Part shown: piece by piece, positions 48,015-58,672 of the stretch
How positions within the stretch are numbered: the stretch's first letter is position 1
How the letters are laid out: every line of letters begins with the position of its first letter
Assembly (NCBI GenBank): GCA_963662405.2
Contig: CAXXKT010000001.1
Coordinates: forward strand, 864,001-928,000
Length of the DNA stretch: 64,000 bases
Origin: Syntrophales bacterium
Lineage (GTDB): Bacteria; Desulfobacterota; Syntrophia; Syntrophales; UBA2210
Direction: 5' to 3'
Translations under genes and position numbers: made by a program
Notes under the pieces: generated by a model
What the model was told of the DNA's origin: nothing
What the model saw: the letters and a program-made list of their open reading frames with translations, nothing else
Database searches by the model: none

Positions 48015-49100
48015 CTACTTGAATTCGGAGAAGTCGATCCCCCGCATGCGACCCCGTTCCTCAAACCAGTCATCCTCCGTGAGGGGGGGCGTCACGATTT
48101 CGTCCGGGGTCCGGCGGACCAGGCGAACGGCATCCACGGGGCAGGTGCTGATACACAGGCCGCAGCCGATACACCGCTCCGGCACGATTGTATACCTATT
48201 GTGCTCTTCGACGATGGCGTCCACCTGGCACCGTTCCTCGGCGCACAGGCCGCAGGCGGTGCACGCTTCACTATTAATCTCGGCGTAATAATGGGAGTTG
48301 ATGACGAGGGAAGCCGGAATGCCCAGTTCGGTGATGGAGCGCAGGATACCGCAGCAGCACTTGCAACAGTTGCAGATGTAGATCTGGCCCACCTGGACGT
48401 TCATCGTGAGGTGAACGAGGGCCGCCTCTTCCGCGTTTTTCAAGAGATCGTACGCCTCTTCCTTTGAGATGACCCGACCGGTGGGAGAATCGTCGAACAC
48501 GCCGGGGACGGGAGCGATCGCGAGACAAACCTCGGTCGGCCTGTCGCAGGGATACCCCAGAAGCCCCCGCTCCTTCTTGCAGATACATTCGCTGACACGG
48601 AACGATTGGTTGGCGTCGATAAGCGACGAGACCTTCTCATAGGGGAGGGCCTCCTGATGGGCGGGGATGGTCTCTTCCACGGCGAGGGTCTGCATGAGCT
48701 GCGGCTTCTGCGCGGTGAATTGCCGGGAATAGGCGGGATGATATGCCTCGCTCAGTTCGGCGAGTTCCCGGTCGAGGCGACCCAATTGAAACTCGTAGAT
48801 CCCGAAGACCCAGGGGAGCATCCGGAAAAACCGGGTGCCCCCCAGATCGAGCATGAAGACCTGCCCCTTCTCCGCCATGGTGGCCAGCATCTCTTCCAAC
48901 CCTTCCACCGGAAGAGCTGTCCGCTCGGCGATCTGCGCGGCGGTCTCGAAGGTCAGACGGAGCCGGCAGAAGAGATCGGCCTCTTCGGGGGTAAAGATCT
49001 TTTTCAGGATCCGGATCTCGACGCCGCTCTCCGTTGCCGGGAATCCGTTGGGGAGGGTATCCAGGACCTCCGCCAGCCTGTGGTAGAATTCGTCATGCAC
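48015..49100 (-). CDS. wHTH + Cys-rich + 2x[4Fe-4S] protein (paralogue 3)
   Basis: CICK, ALVH, ICNCCKCCC, two ferredoxin motifs. Confidence 0.88.
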   Translation of the reverse strand: MHDEFYHRLAEVLDTLPNGFPATESGVEIRILKKIFTPEEADLFCRLRLTFETAAQIAERTALPVEGLEEMLATMAEKGQVFMLDLGGTRFFRMLPWVFGIYEFQLGRLDRELAELSEAYHPAYSRQFTAQKPQLMQTLAVEETIPAHQEALPYEKVSSLIDANQSFRVSECICKKERGLLGYPCDRPTEVCLAIAPVPGVFDDSPTGRVISKEEAYDLLKNAEEAALVHLTMNVQVGQIYICNCCKCCCGILRSITELGIPASLVINSHYYAEINSEACTACGLCAEERCQVDAIVEEHNRYTIVPERCIGCGLCISTCPVDAVRLVRRTPDEIVTPPLTEDDWFEERGRMRGIDFSEFK

Positions 49101-49111
49101 GAGATCGTCCT

Positions 49112-50716
49112 TTACCCCAGTTTCCGCAGATTTCTGCGCAGTGTCTTTCCGAGGGCGCTCTTGGGAAGCTCGTCCATGAACTGGATCGCCTTCGGCCTCT
49201 TGTAGGTGGGGAGGTGCTCCCGGCAGAAACCCATGATGTCTTCCTCGCAGACCGCGCCGGGGGTCTTGAGGGTGACGAATGCCTTGACCACCTCGCCGTA
49301 CACGGGATCGGGGATACCGACCACCCCTGCCTCCAGGACCTCCGGGTGCATATGGAGGATATTTTCTATCTCCTTCGGGTAGATGTTCTCTCCCCCCCGG
49401 ATGATGAGGTCCTTCTTCCGGTCCGTGACGTAGAGGTAGTCGTCTTCGTCCATGTACCCCACATCGCCGGTATGGAGCCAGCCGTCCCGCAGCGCCTCGG
49501 CCGTCTCCTTCGGCTTGTTCCAGTACCCCTTCATGACACCGGGGCCCTTGATGACGATCTCGCCGATCTCTCCCCGGGGGACTTGCCGGTCGTCTTCATC
49601 GAATATCCTGATCGTGTTGCACTTCTGGTAACACTTGCCGATGGAGCCGTACTTGGGTGGGCGCCTCCCGGCCACGTTACCACAGTTGACGGTCGTCGCC
49701 TCGCTGAGGCCGTACCCCTCCCAGATATCGATCCCGTACCGCTCCTGCCACTGGCGGGCTACCTCCATCGGCATGGGGGCCGAGCCGCAGATACAGGTCT
49801 GCAGGGAGCTCAGGTCGTATTGAGCGGCGGCGGGGTGGTTCAGGAGCTGGATATACATGGTCGGGACACCGCGAAAATCCGTGACCCTGAATTGTTCGAT
49901 GCAGCGCATCGCCTCTTCGGCGTCCCATCGGTCGATAACAACAAGCTTCCCCCCCGTCAAAAACTCGAGACTCAGGGCGAAGACCCCGTAGCCGTGGAAG
50001 AGGGGAAGGGTGATGAGGGAGACACGGTCCCGGCTAACGCCGTACACCGCCATCTCCCGATCCCCGATCTTCCCCCGCCGTGCGTCTTCCTCCAGGACCG
50101 CTCCCCGCGCCGTGACCCCCCACGCATCGAGGAGGACCTGGTCGTAGTACCCCGTCACATGGGTGTACCAGTTGTAGTGTGTCAGCATCACCCCCTTGGG
50201 GTTCCCCGTGGTGCCGGCGGTGTAGATCATCACGGCCGTGTCGTCGTTGTCCGTGTCCTCCGGGGCCAGCGCGTCCGACTGTCCCTCCAGGATGGCGTCA
50301 AAGGAGAGGGCGTCTTCGGGAATTGCCTCCCCGGTCAGGATGATGTGCCGCAGCGCTTCCGCCCCTGCCCGGGCCTGATTGATGGTATCGATGTAGTCGG
50401 CGGTGCTGATGAGGGCGACCAGACCTGCGTCCTTGTACAGATAGGCAAGGTCACTTACGCGGAGCGACGGGTTGATGGGAACTATGATCGCCCCGATCTT
50501 GAAGGTGGCGAAGAACGCCTGCAACAGTTGCGGGCAATTGAGCATCTGAACACCGACCCGGTCTTCCCTCTTGACCCCCAGATCCTTCAGGGCATTCCCC
50601 AGCCTGTTCGCGATCCGGTTCATCTCGACGTTTGTGTGCCACCGCCCTCCGAACCAGACAAAATCATATTCACCAAACCTGGTGATGTTGTCGTCAGCCA
50701 GTCTCCCGATATTCAT
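49112..50716 (-). CDS. Long-chain-fatty-acid--CoA ligase family
   Basis: YTAGTTGNPKG, EGYGLSE, WLHTGD, DRKKD, LPKSALGK. Confidence 0.93.
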   Translation of the reverse strand: MNIGRLADDNITRFGEYDFVWFGGRWHTNVEMNRIANRLGNALKDLGVKREDRVGVQMLNCPQLLQAFFATFKIGAIIVPINPSLRVSDLAYLYKDAGLVALISTADYIDTINQARAGAEALRHIILTGEAIPEDALSFDAILEGQSDALAPEDTDNDDTAVMIYTAGTTGNPKGVMLTHYNWYTHVTGYYDQVLLDAWGVTARGAVLEEDARRGKIGDREMAVYGVSRDRVSLITLPLFHGYGVFALSLEFLTGGKLVVIDRWDAEEAMRCIEQFRVTDFRGVPTMYIQLLNHPAAAQYDLSSLQTCICGSAPMPMEVARQWQERYGIDIWEGYGLSEATTVNCGNVAGRRPPKYGSIGKCYQKCNTIRIFDEDDRQVPRGEIGEIVIKGPGVMKGYWNKPKETAEALRDGWLHTGDVGYMDEDDYLYVTDRKKDLIIRGGENIYPKEIENILHMHPEVLEAGVVGIPDPVYGEVVKAFVTLKTPGAVCEEDIMGFCREHLPTYKRPKAIQFMDELPKSALGKTLRRNLRKLG

Positions 50717-50889
50717 TATCGTGTTTCCTTCCTCGTTCTGTAAAATCCATGGTGAATACCGCTACCCGTCACACGGGATATATGCTTTTCACATCGTCTC
50801 CACACCCGTGCACCCACTCATGGATGAACCAGGATATCGTCCCGGGAATCTAACCCCGAGCATATAACGGGAGAACCACGTTGCGTTCC

Positions 50890-51097
50890 TCGGGACACTT
50901 TCACCGTCGGTCCGGTTGAGAAGGGCGTTCTGGAAAGGCGGGAGCAAAAGAAACCGATGATATCCGAGAGACAGAAGCACCTCATCACCAAAGCAGGGGT
51001 CAAAGAGGAGATCAGGAATCGGGGCCGAGGTCTCGCGCCGGATAGCGATATCCGCCCCCCTGTGACATCGCCCTTATCACCCTGGTCAATTCATCCG
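50890..51097 (+). pseudogene. Decayed partial copy of the downstream GPP34-family gene
   Basis: Colinear with about 51696-51905 (AAGGGCGTTCTGGAAAGG.GGGAGCAAAAGAAAC...), one frameshift. Confidence 0.8.
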
Positions 51098-51409
51098 GTT
51101 GAATTTTTCGATCAGGTCCAGAGCGGATTGCGGGACGTCCCCCATCGTCACCTCTTCCTTTCAGTTCAATCCGGCAGCGATGCCCGTGAGAAGCTTCATA
51201 GATCAGTCGCAAACAATCATAATACAATCGGTATGATTTGGCAATTGCATTGTGCCCCGGCGATGTGGTGTGAAACGGGCACGGGGTGGAAAAGCCGAAC
51301 GGTCAAGAGGTACATGAGGAGGATGGAATATGGAGAACACCTTTGATTTTTTCAAATATAATTGTTTTGTCATATCTGTTTCTGATATGGTGGCCGCCGT
51401 GAGGTGATG

Positions 51410-52054
51410 ATGCTGACATTTGCCGAGGAATTGCTATTATTGGCTCTGGATGATGAAACGGGGAGCTTCCATATATCGTCGACCGCAAACTTTCGTCTTG
51501 CCCTGGCCGGGTCAATCCTCATGGAACTGGCGTTCATGGACAGAATCGACACCGATCTGAAAAAACTGGTGGTGGTAGATGGGACTTCCACCGGTACCCC
51601 CATCTTCGATAAGGCCCTTGCAATGCTCAAAGAGTCCCCCCACCCGCGATCCACGGCCCACTGGGTGGACACGATCAGCCAGGAATTCAGCGATCTCCGT
51701 GAACTCTTCATCGGCAGTCTGGTGAAAAAGGGCGTTCTGGAAAGGAGGGAGCAAAAGAAACTGGGGATATTCAAGAAGCAGAGATATTTCATCACCGAAT
51801 CCGGGGTCAAAACGGAGATCCGGGAAAGGGTCCGGCATCTTGTACTGAATGGCGATATCCCCGACCCCCGCGACATTGTCCTCATCACTCTGGTCAAGTC
51901 ATCCGATCTGATCGATCACATCTTCGCAAAGGAAGAAAGGGAAACGGCTGAGAAGCGCGTGTATCATCTCTCCCAGATGGACCTGATCGGACAGGCCGTC
52001 ACCAAGGCGATTATCAGGGATATCATTTCGCCCGGCGCGTACATGTCATATTAA
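51410..52054 (+). CDS. GPP34/GOLPH3-family protein
   Basis: LTFAEELLLLALDDETG...LAGSILMELA...LVKKGVL...K.LGIF...RY. Confidence 0.85.
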   Translation: MLTFAEELLLLALDDETGSFHISSTANFRLALAGSILMELAFMDRIDTDLKKLVVVDGTSTGTPIFDKALAMLKESPHPRSTAHWVDTISQEFSDLRELFIGSLVKKGVLERREQKKLGIFKKQRYFITESGVKTEIRERVRHLVLNGDIPDPRDIVLITLVKSSDLIDHIFAKEERETAEKRVYHLSQMDLIGQAVTKAIIRDIISPGAYMSY

Positions 52055-52447
52055 ACCAGATACACCGCCCGATTTAAGTAAAACCGGGCTCTCAACTCTT
52101 AACCATTCTGTGTCTTATGAATCGTCGAGGTATCCTTTCTTTCTTCTCGCCTCATCGGACGGACGGCTCGAATAGCGCGATCTCTGGAGCGGGTAGATTC
52201 TCCTGAACCCTGGAGTCAGGGGAAATCGATCAGAGGCTGTTCCGTTGCCTCCGGGGGGAGTCCGGCAGAGGGAACGGTGACCAGGATGTACTGGTATATC
52301 GGATCGGCGATCAGCGCCTTCCCCAGGGTATGTAGTACGGTCATTCCAACCTGCATGCTGGATGCTCCCCCCTTCCGTTCATATCGAAGCTCCATCGGCA
52401 CTTCGGCCATTGCTATATTAAAGTTAGGGAACAATATCGCCAAGGGG

Positions 52448-55400
52448 TTACGTGCGGTCGCCTCTGGATCTTTCCCCGATATGGAGCAGATCCTCGAGGA
52501 TGAGATAGATGCTCGGGATAAGGAGCAGCGTGATGACCGTGGCGAAGAGCACCCCGAACCCGAGACTGACCGCCATGGGGATCAGAAATTTTGCCTGGAG
52601 GCTCTTCTCCAGGATGATGGGGGTCAACCCGGCGAAGGTGGTGAGGGAGGTGAGGATAATGGCCCTGAACCGCAGAACTCCCGCCTGTATGACCGCGTCC
52701 TGTGCCGTGGCGCCGTTGCGCCGCAGCGTGTTTGTCAGGTGGATCAGGACCAGCGAGTCATTGACGACGACCCCTGCCAGCCCGACGATCCCGAAGAGAC
52801 TGATAAAGGTAATGTCGAGCCCCATGATGAGATGTCCAACGACGGCCCCGACCATACCGAAGGGGATCGCCATCATCACCACAAACGGCTGGGAAAACGA
52901 CCGGAAGGGAACGGCCAGGAGGGCGTAGATGCAGAAGAGGGCAAAGACAAAACCCAGTTCGACATCGGCCAGTGATTCCTTCTGCTCCTTCCCCTCCCCC
53001 TCCATGGAATACCGGAGACCGGGATAGCGAGAGGCGAGGCGCGGGAGAAACTCCCGTTCGAGGGTTCGCCGCACGTCATTGGCGTTGCTGATCGTCTCAT
53101 CCACGTCGGCGTAGACCTTGATCACGCGCCGTCTCTGGGCATGTTCGATGGAAACGTACCCCTGCTCCATGGTCACATCGGCCAGCAGGGTGAGGGGTAC
53201 CGCGGATCCGTCGGCGGTCCGGATCCTCATCTCTTCGACGTTTCCGGGGGACGTGCGCTCCCGTTCAGGGTACCGTACCAGGACCTTGATCTCGTCCTGG
53301 TCCCGCTGCATACGCAGGGCTTCGGCGCCGTAAAAGGCATGCCGTACCTGCGTGGCGATATCGTTGAGGGTGAGCCCCAGGCTTCGGGCGGTCGGTTTCA
53401 GCGAGAGCTGCATCTCCTGTTTCCCCGGCAGGAAGCTGTCACTGATATCGTAAACGCCGGGATAGCTCTTCAGTTCGTTCTTCAGTTCCTCGGTCGCGGT
53501 CAGGAGCGTTGCCTGTTCGTCGATTGAAAGGTGCACTTCGATCGATTTCCCGGCACTCTGGAGGACACTCTTGAAGGTGATGGATTCGATCCCCGGGATC
53601 GTCCCCGCATTTTGGCGCCAGAGTGCCGCGAGCCGGGCCGTGCTCGTCTTCCGTTTCTCCCCTTCCAGCACCTGTATCCAGATATGGGCGAGGTGCCCTC
53701 CCGTATCGCCCAGACCGCCGCGTTCATCCATCTGCGCGCCGATCAGGGTAAAGCTGTGTTCGAAGAGGGGGTCCTGTCCGGGATGTTCCCGATCCGCGTC
53801 CGCAAGGGTGGTGCGGGCGGTCTCCACCAGATACCCGGCCACATCGGTGGTCTCTTCCGGAAGGGTGCCCGTGGGGAGGGAAAAGAGGCACTCCAGCATG
53901 TCCCCTTCAACCTTCGGGAAAAACACGAATTCGACAATACCCCCCCGGACAATCCCGATGGTGACGAAGAGCAGGGCAATGCCCAGGGCAACCGTGGCAT
54001 ACCGCCACCTCGTACAAAAGATGACCGCCCTCCGGTATGGACCGTTGATGAACGCCTTCAGACGGCGCGCCATCCACTTCTGTTCCAGCTTTTCGGCATC
54101 CCGGCTGCGCTTCTCGCCATGCCCGATCCCCGCAAGATGGGACGGCAGGACGAGGAGCGACTCAACCAGCGACCCGAAGAGGACGACCATGATCACGATC
54201 GGTACGCCGCGCATCATCTTTCCCATCATCCCGGTTGCGATCAGGAGGGGCGCGAAGGCCGCCATCGTGGTAAGAACGGAGAAGATGACCGGATGGCCGA
54301 CCTCGAAGGCGCCGGTGGTTGCCGCCTCCAGAGGGAGGAGCCCTTCCTCCTGTTTCCGGAATATGTTCTCCCCGACGATAATGGCATCGTCGACCACGAT
54401 CCCCAGGACCATGATGAAGGCGAAGAGGGATATCATGTTGATGGTCACATCCAGTGTGGGGAGCGCGGCAAGACCGGCGAGGAACGATATGGGGATCCCG
54501 AGGGTCACCCAGAACGAGAGCCTGAGGGTGAGGAAGGTCCCGAGTATCAGGATCACCAGGACAAGACCGATTGCCATGTTCCTGAGCAGGAGCTGGAGAC
54601 GGCTGTGCAGGATCTTGGACATGTCGGCAAAGGTGGCGATCCCCACTCCGGCGGGGAGGGTGGGCTCGATATCGCCAATGAATCGCTTGACCTTCTGGGC
54701 GACGTCGAGGGCGTTCTGATCCGCCACACGGAACACCTGGATCATGGCCGATGGTTTCCCCTGGAATCGGGCAAAGATATCGACATCCTCAAAACCGTCG
54801 GAAAGGATCGCAATCTGATCGAGGGTCACGACGCTGCCGTCGGCACGGGTAATGACGGCGATATCGGCGAATTCATCGGCGTAGTATCGTTTTCCCGTGG
54901 TCCGGATCAGGACCTCGCCCCCCTTCGCCTTGACACTCCCCGCCGGAAGGTCGAGACTGGTCCGTCTCACCAAGTCGGCGACCTGTCCGAGTGTCAGGCC
55001 GTACCGGCGCAGTGTCTCTTCGGAGATCTCGATATGGACCTCCGCGTCAAGCACCCCCACGACCTCGGCCGAGGTGACACCGGGGAGGTTGGTGATGTCA
55101 TCCTTGATCTTCTCAGCGAGAAATTTGAGCGTCGTATCCGGGACATCTCCGTAGAGGACGACATGGATTACCTCAATCCGCTGGACGATCTCCCGAATGA
55201 TCGGTTCTTCCGCTTCATCGGGGAAGGTAACGATGCGATCCACCTCCGCCTTGACCTCATCGAGGAGTTCCTGCACGTCCCACCCCTTGATGACCTCGAC
55301 GATCACGACACTGACCCCTTCATAGGACGTGGAGTCGATCCGCTTGATCCCGGACAGACCGGCCACCTGTTCCTCGATCCGGCGGGTAACGGCCTCTTCC

Positions 55401-55579
55401 ACCTCTGAAGGGGAGGCACCCGGATATTCGGTGGTGATGGATATCTTATCGAGAGATGTCTCGGGAAACACCTCGATCTTGATGGAAAAAAGTGTGAAGA
55501 TCCCGGCCAGAACCAGGAACATCATAAGCAGGTTTGCCGCAACGTAGTTTTCGGCAAACCAGGCGATGGCTTTCCTCAT
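52448..55579 (-). CDS. RND efflux transporter permease
   Basis: YPGASPSEVE, GIVVDDAIIVGEN, GVVVNDS, RFRAIILTSLTT. Confidence 0.96.
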   Translation of the reverse strand: MRKAIAWFAENYVAANLLMMFLVLAGIFTLFSIKIEVFPETSLDKISITTEYPGASPSEVEEAVTRRIEEQVAGLSGIKRIDSTSYEGVSVVIVEVIKGWDVQELLDEVKAEVDRIVTFPDEAEEPIIREIVQRIEVIHVVLYGDVPDTTLKFLAEKIKDDITNLPGVTSAEVVGVLDAEVHIEISEETLRRYGLTLGQVADLVRRTSLDLPAGSVKAKGGEVLIRTTGKRYYADEFADIAVITRADGSVVTLDQIAILSDGFEDVDIFARFQGKPSAMIQVFRVADQNALDVAQKVKRFIGDIEPTLPAGVGIATFADMSKILHSRLQLLLRNMAIGLVLVILILGTFLTLRLSFWVTLGIPISFLAGLAALPTLDVTINMISLFAFIMVLGIVVDDAIIVGENIFRKQEEGLLPLEAATTGAFEVGHPVIFSVLTTMAAFAPLLIATGMMGKMMRGVPIVIMVVLFGSLVESLLVLPSHLAGIGHGEKRSRDAEKLEQKWMARRLKAFINGPYRRAVIFCTRWRYATVALGIALLFVTIGIVRGGIVEFVFFPKVEGDMLECLFSLPTGTLPEETTDVAGYLVETARTTLADADREHPGQDPLFEHSFTLIGAQMDERGGLGDTGGHLAHIWIQVLEGEKRKTSTARLAALWRQNAGTIPGIESITFKSVLQSAGKSIEVHLSIDEQATLLTATEELKNELKSYPGVYDISDSFLPGKQEMQLSLKPTARSLGLTLNDIATQVRHAFYGAEALRMQRDQDEIKVLVRYPERERTSPGNVEEMRIRTADGSAVPLTLLADVTMEQGYVSIEHAQRRRVIKVYADVDETISNANDVRRTLEREFLPRLASRYPGLRYSMEGEGKEQKESLADVELGFVFALFCIYALLAVPFRSFSQPFVVMMAIPFGMVGAVVGHLIMGLDITFISLFGIVGLAGVVVNDSLVLIHLTNTLRRNGATAQDAVIQAGVLRFRAIILTSLTTFAGLTPIILEKSLQAKFLIPMAVSLGFGVLFATVITLLLIPSIYLILEDLLHIGERSRGDRT

Positions 55580-56757
55580 TTTCCGCCGCCCTCCATTGCC
55601 GCACGAACGGTCATCCCGTCCGCCGGCGCCCTGAGGGACGAAAAGACGACCTTCTCGCCATTTTCAAGTCCGGCCTCGATAACGATCTCTTCCCCCTGAT
55701 ACCGCGCGACGGTGACCGGCCGAAAATGGAGGATCCCCTCTTCATCAACGACCCAGACGATGTCCCCCTGACGGAGGGCCGCCCGGGGAATCACGGCGGC
55801 GGCGGGCAGGGTCCGTCCCGTGATATCGACCGTGACGAAGAGGCCGACCGCGAGGGGAGGCCTGGTGGCGTACGGTCTGTCAACCCTGACAACAACCGTC
55901 ACCATCCGTGTTTTCTCATCCACCGTTCCCGCCGCACGGACCACCGCGCCCGCGAAGGTCAGGGGATGTCCGGCGATTTCGGCATGGACGACGGCCGCTG
56001 ACCCGGGCGCGCCTCCCGGGGAAAAGCCGGGAACGTCGAACCAGAAAAGGTCTTTGTCCTCCAGAGGCAGGGCTATCTCCACCGTCTCCGTGGAAAAGAG
56101 CGTCGCCAGGGTCTGTCCCGGTGTCACATACTGCCCCGCGTCGACATGCTTTTTGCTGACCCGGCCGTCGAAGGGGGCCTTCAGGACCGTCCGCTCTCGG
56201 TTCAGGAGAGCCCGTTTCAGTTCGGCCCGGCCGGCATCAAGCCGCGCCCGTGCCGCTTCCAATTGCGGTTTCTTGGCCACCAGCGGGGGTGGCTCTTCAA
56301 CGGCGCGAGACGCATCCGAGAAATGACTCCGCCACTCCTCCCGTGCCACCAACGCCTCCTCCCGGACCAGTGTCAGGTTGCTTTCCGCATCCTCCACCTG
56401 GGCCCGTGTCAGGGTTACGGCCAGATCATAGTCGACGGGATCGATCACGAGGAGTTCCTGTCCCGTGGTAAAGGCACCGCCATCGACCAGCGCGGCGGAG
56501 GTATGAATAATCTTCCCGCTGACCTGCGGAACGAGGCTGATCTCCTTTTGGGGTCTCACCGTTCCTTCACCCCTGATCGTGATGATCCGCGGCTCGCGTG
56601 AGATCTCCATGACACGAACCATGGGGGCCGGCGTCGTGGTCTCGACCTTCTCGATACGAGATTTGCCTGCCGTGAGCGCCCCCATGACGATAACCCCCGT
56701 CACGACAAGTATGATACTGAGGACAATATGAAGAAGGCGTTTTCCTTTCCGGTCCAT
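55576..56757 (-). CDS. RND periplasmic adaptor (MFP)
   Basis: PQVSGKI, LKAPFDGRV; start at MDRKGK with SD GGAG (alternative 56811). Confidence 0.92.
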   Translation of the reverse strand: MDRKGKRLLHIVLSIILVVTGVIVMGALTAGKSRIEKVETTTPAPMVRVMEISREPRIITIRGEGTVRPQKEISLVPQVSGKIIHTSAALVDGGAFTTGQELLVIDPVDYDLAVTLTRAQVEDAESNLTLVREEALVAREEWRSHFSDASRAVEEPPPLVAKKPQLEAARARLDAGRAELKRALLNRERTVLKAPFDGRVSKKHVDAGQYVTPGQTLATLFSTETVEIALPLEDKDLFWFDVPGFSPGGAPGSAAVVHAEIAGHPLTFAGAVVRAAGTVDEKTRMVTVVVRVDRPYATRPPLAVGLFVTVDITGRTLPAAAVIPRAALRQGDIVWVVDEEGILHFRPVTVARYQGEEIVIEAGLENGEKVVFSSLRAPADGMTVRAAMEGGGK

Positions 56758-56807
56758 ATTCACTCCGCTGGTCGACTGGATATGGTCTGTCGATCGTCCG
56801 TTTTCTT

Positions 56808-58265
56808 TCATTCTGTATTCCCCGTCTCGGGTCTCCCCGGGTTGCCCCATCCCCCCCCTAGTGCGCGGTGGAGGGAGACCCGGTTGGTGAGGATGGCCAG
56901 TTCCACCTGGACGATGGTGTCTTCCGCCTGAAAGCGGGCCTGCTGGGCGTCAAGCACGGCAAGGTAGTCGACCAGTCCCCGTTCATAGCGACTCTCCGCC
57001 ACCCGTTGCGTCTCCCGCGCCTCGGTGAGAAACGTCATCATCCGATCCCGTTGTTCCATCAGCTCCTTTCGCGCCAGGAGGGCACTCTCGACTTCGGAAA
57101 AAGCGTTCAGGACGACCTTGGTATACTCGGCCATCCCCTGCCGGAACTGCGCCTCGGTGGCACGCTGGGCGGCTTTGAGTTTTCCCGCATTGAAGAGGGG
57201 ATGCAGTATCCCGAAGGAGATATTCCACACCTTGCTCCCCGGCGTAACGAGATCATCGAGTTCACTGCTCGAATAGCCGAAACTTCCCGTCAGTGTTATT
57301 GCAGGGAACCGGCTCGCCTGGGCGACGCCGATCTTGGCGTTCAGCGCCCGCAGTTGTGCCTCTGCCGCCCTGATGTCGGGGCGACGCAGGAGGAGTTGAG
57401 AGGGCAGGCCGGGTGGGACGGGGGCGGGGAGCGAAAAATAGTCATCCGGTTGCTCCCGTGGCGGTCTCGTCTCCGGATATCGCCCCGAAAGGACACCCAA
57501 CTGCTGCTGGTTAACACCGAGTTCCTGCCGGAGCGGGGGGAGAGACGCCTCCGCCTGGGCCAGGGCGCGCCGCGCCTGTCTCAGGTCGAGGATGGAGACC
57601 AGACCTCCTTCATAGCGTCGCTCTATCACCGAGAGGTTTCGACGGTAGCTCTCTATGCTCATCCGGGCGATCTGAATCCTCCGCTCCAACGATTCAATCC
57701 GGAAATAGATCCCGATGGCCTCTGCAATAATACCCTGGGTAATGGTTCGGGCATTTTCTTCCGTCTGCAGGAGGGTTGCCAGGGCGGCCTCTTCGGCCCG
57801 GGCCAGCCGTCCCCAGAGGTCGATCTCGAATGACGCCGGGAGGGAAAGGACATAGGAGTTCGCTATGACGGATTCGGGCAGGGGAAAGGGGTATGTACCC
57901 GCATCGGCCCCGGTCAGGGTGCGACTTCGCCCTGCTGATCCCTGAAGAGAGATTCTGGGATATCGATCCGCCCGGGACTGCACAAAATAGGAACGGATCT
58001 CCGAGATCGCAGCCAGGGCCTTCGCGATCTCCGGATTCCCCGCTCTGATCCCTTCCACCAACTGACGCAATGCGGGATCGTTGAATGCCGTCCACCATCG
58101 GTCGGTATCTTCGTGTGCCCCGGTTTCCGTCAAGATATGCTGATAGGTGTCCCGGGTCCGGGACGCCATGTCGGGCTCCTGAAAGTCGGGACCCATCTTT
58201 ACGCATCCCGCGAGCACCAGTGCGGAAAAGAAAATCGCGAACGGAGAAAAACGCAGGCCTTTCAC
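56808..58265 (-). CDS. Outer-membrane efflux factor, NodT-type lipoprotein
   Basis: Lipobox LAGC; FEIDLWG, LLRRPDIRAAE, ALGGGW. Confidence 0.95.
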   Translation of the reverse strand: MKGLRFSPFAIFFSALVLAGCVKMGPDFQEPDMASRTRDTYQHILTETGAHEDTDRWWTAFNDPALRQLVEGIRAGNPEIAKALAAISEIRSYFVQSRADRYPRISLQGSAGRSRTLTGADAGTYPFPLPESVIANSYVLSLPASFEIDLWGRLARAEEAALATLLQTEENARTITQGIIAEAIGIYFRIESLERRIQIARMSIESYRRNLSVIERRYEGGLVSILDLRQARRALAQAEASLPPLRQELGVNQQQLGVLSGRYPETRPPREQPDDYFSLPAPVPPGLPSQLLLRRPDIRAAEAQLRALNAKIGVAQASRFPAITLTGSFGYSSSELDDLVTPGSKVWNISFGILHPLFNAGKLKAAQRATEAQFRQGMAEYTKVVLNAFSEVESALLARKELMEQRDRMMTFLTEARETQRVAESRYERGLVDYLAVLDAQQARFQAEDTIVQVELAILTNRVSLHRALGGGWGNPGRPETGNTE

Positions 58266-58268
58266 TGT

Positions 58269-58520
58269 TCAACCTCCTTCAACGGCAGGCCGGAGATGCA
58301 GAAAGTGACGATTTGAAATGGATAACCACCGTTCACGAAACACCTGCAGATAGAGGGATTGTTTGGTGCCGAAATGATAATTAACGGCGGCGATATTACA
58401 ATCAGCGGCGGTCGTAATCTCACGGACGCTCACCGCATCATACCCTTTTTGGGCGAACAGCTTCTCGGCGATCTTCAGCAGATGATCACGGGTTGTGCTG
58501 TCTTTACTCTTCGGCATCAT
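58269..58520 (-). pseudogene. TetR-family regulator retaining only the HTH domain
   Basis: AEKLFAQKGYDAVSVREIT...AAVNYHFGTK; ends after 83 aa, overlapping the SD of the next gene. Confidence 0.75.
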
Positions 58521-58549
58521 ACGATGTCGCCCCCATAAAAACATCTGTA

Positions 58550-58565
58550 TCAAACAAACGTTTGA
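58550..58565. promoter_or_regulatory. Putative TetR operator
   Basis: Palindrome TCAAAC-aaac-GTTTGA 30 bp upstream of the tetR start. Confidence 0.65.
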
Positions 58566-58672
58566 ACGTCAACATGCTTCACTGAGGATATGCGCACCCG
58601 GCTGTTCCCTCAGGAACAGCCGGGCGATATGCGGAGAGTGGATAGACCTACCTATGTGTCACAGTGAATTCA

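Noticed and set aside
50890..52054. DGR-like template/variable repeat pair
   Set aside because: Differences are not confined to adenines on one strand, there is an indel, and no reverse transcriptase is in the window.
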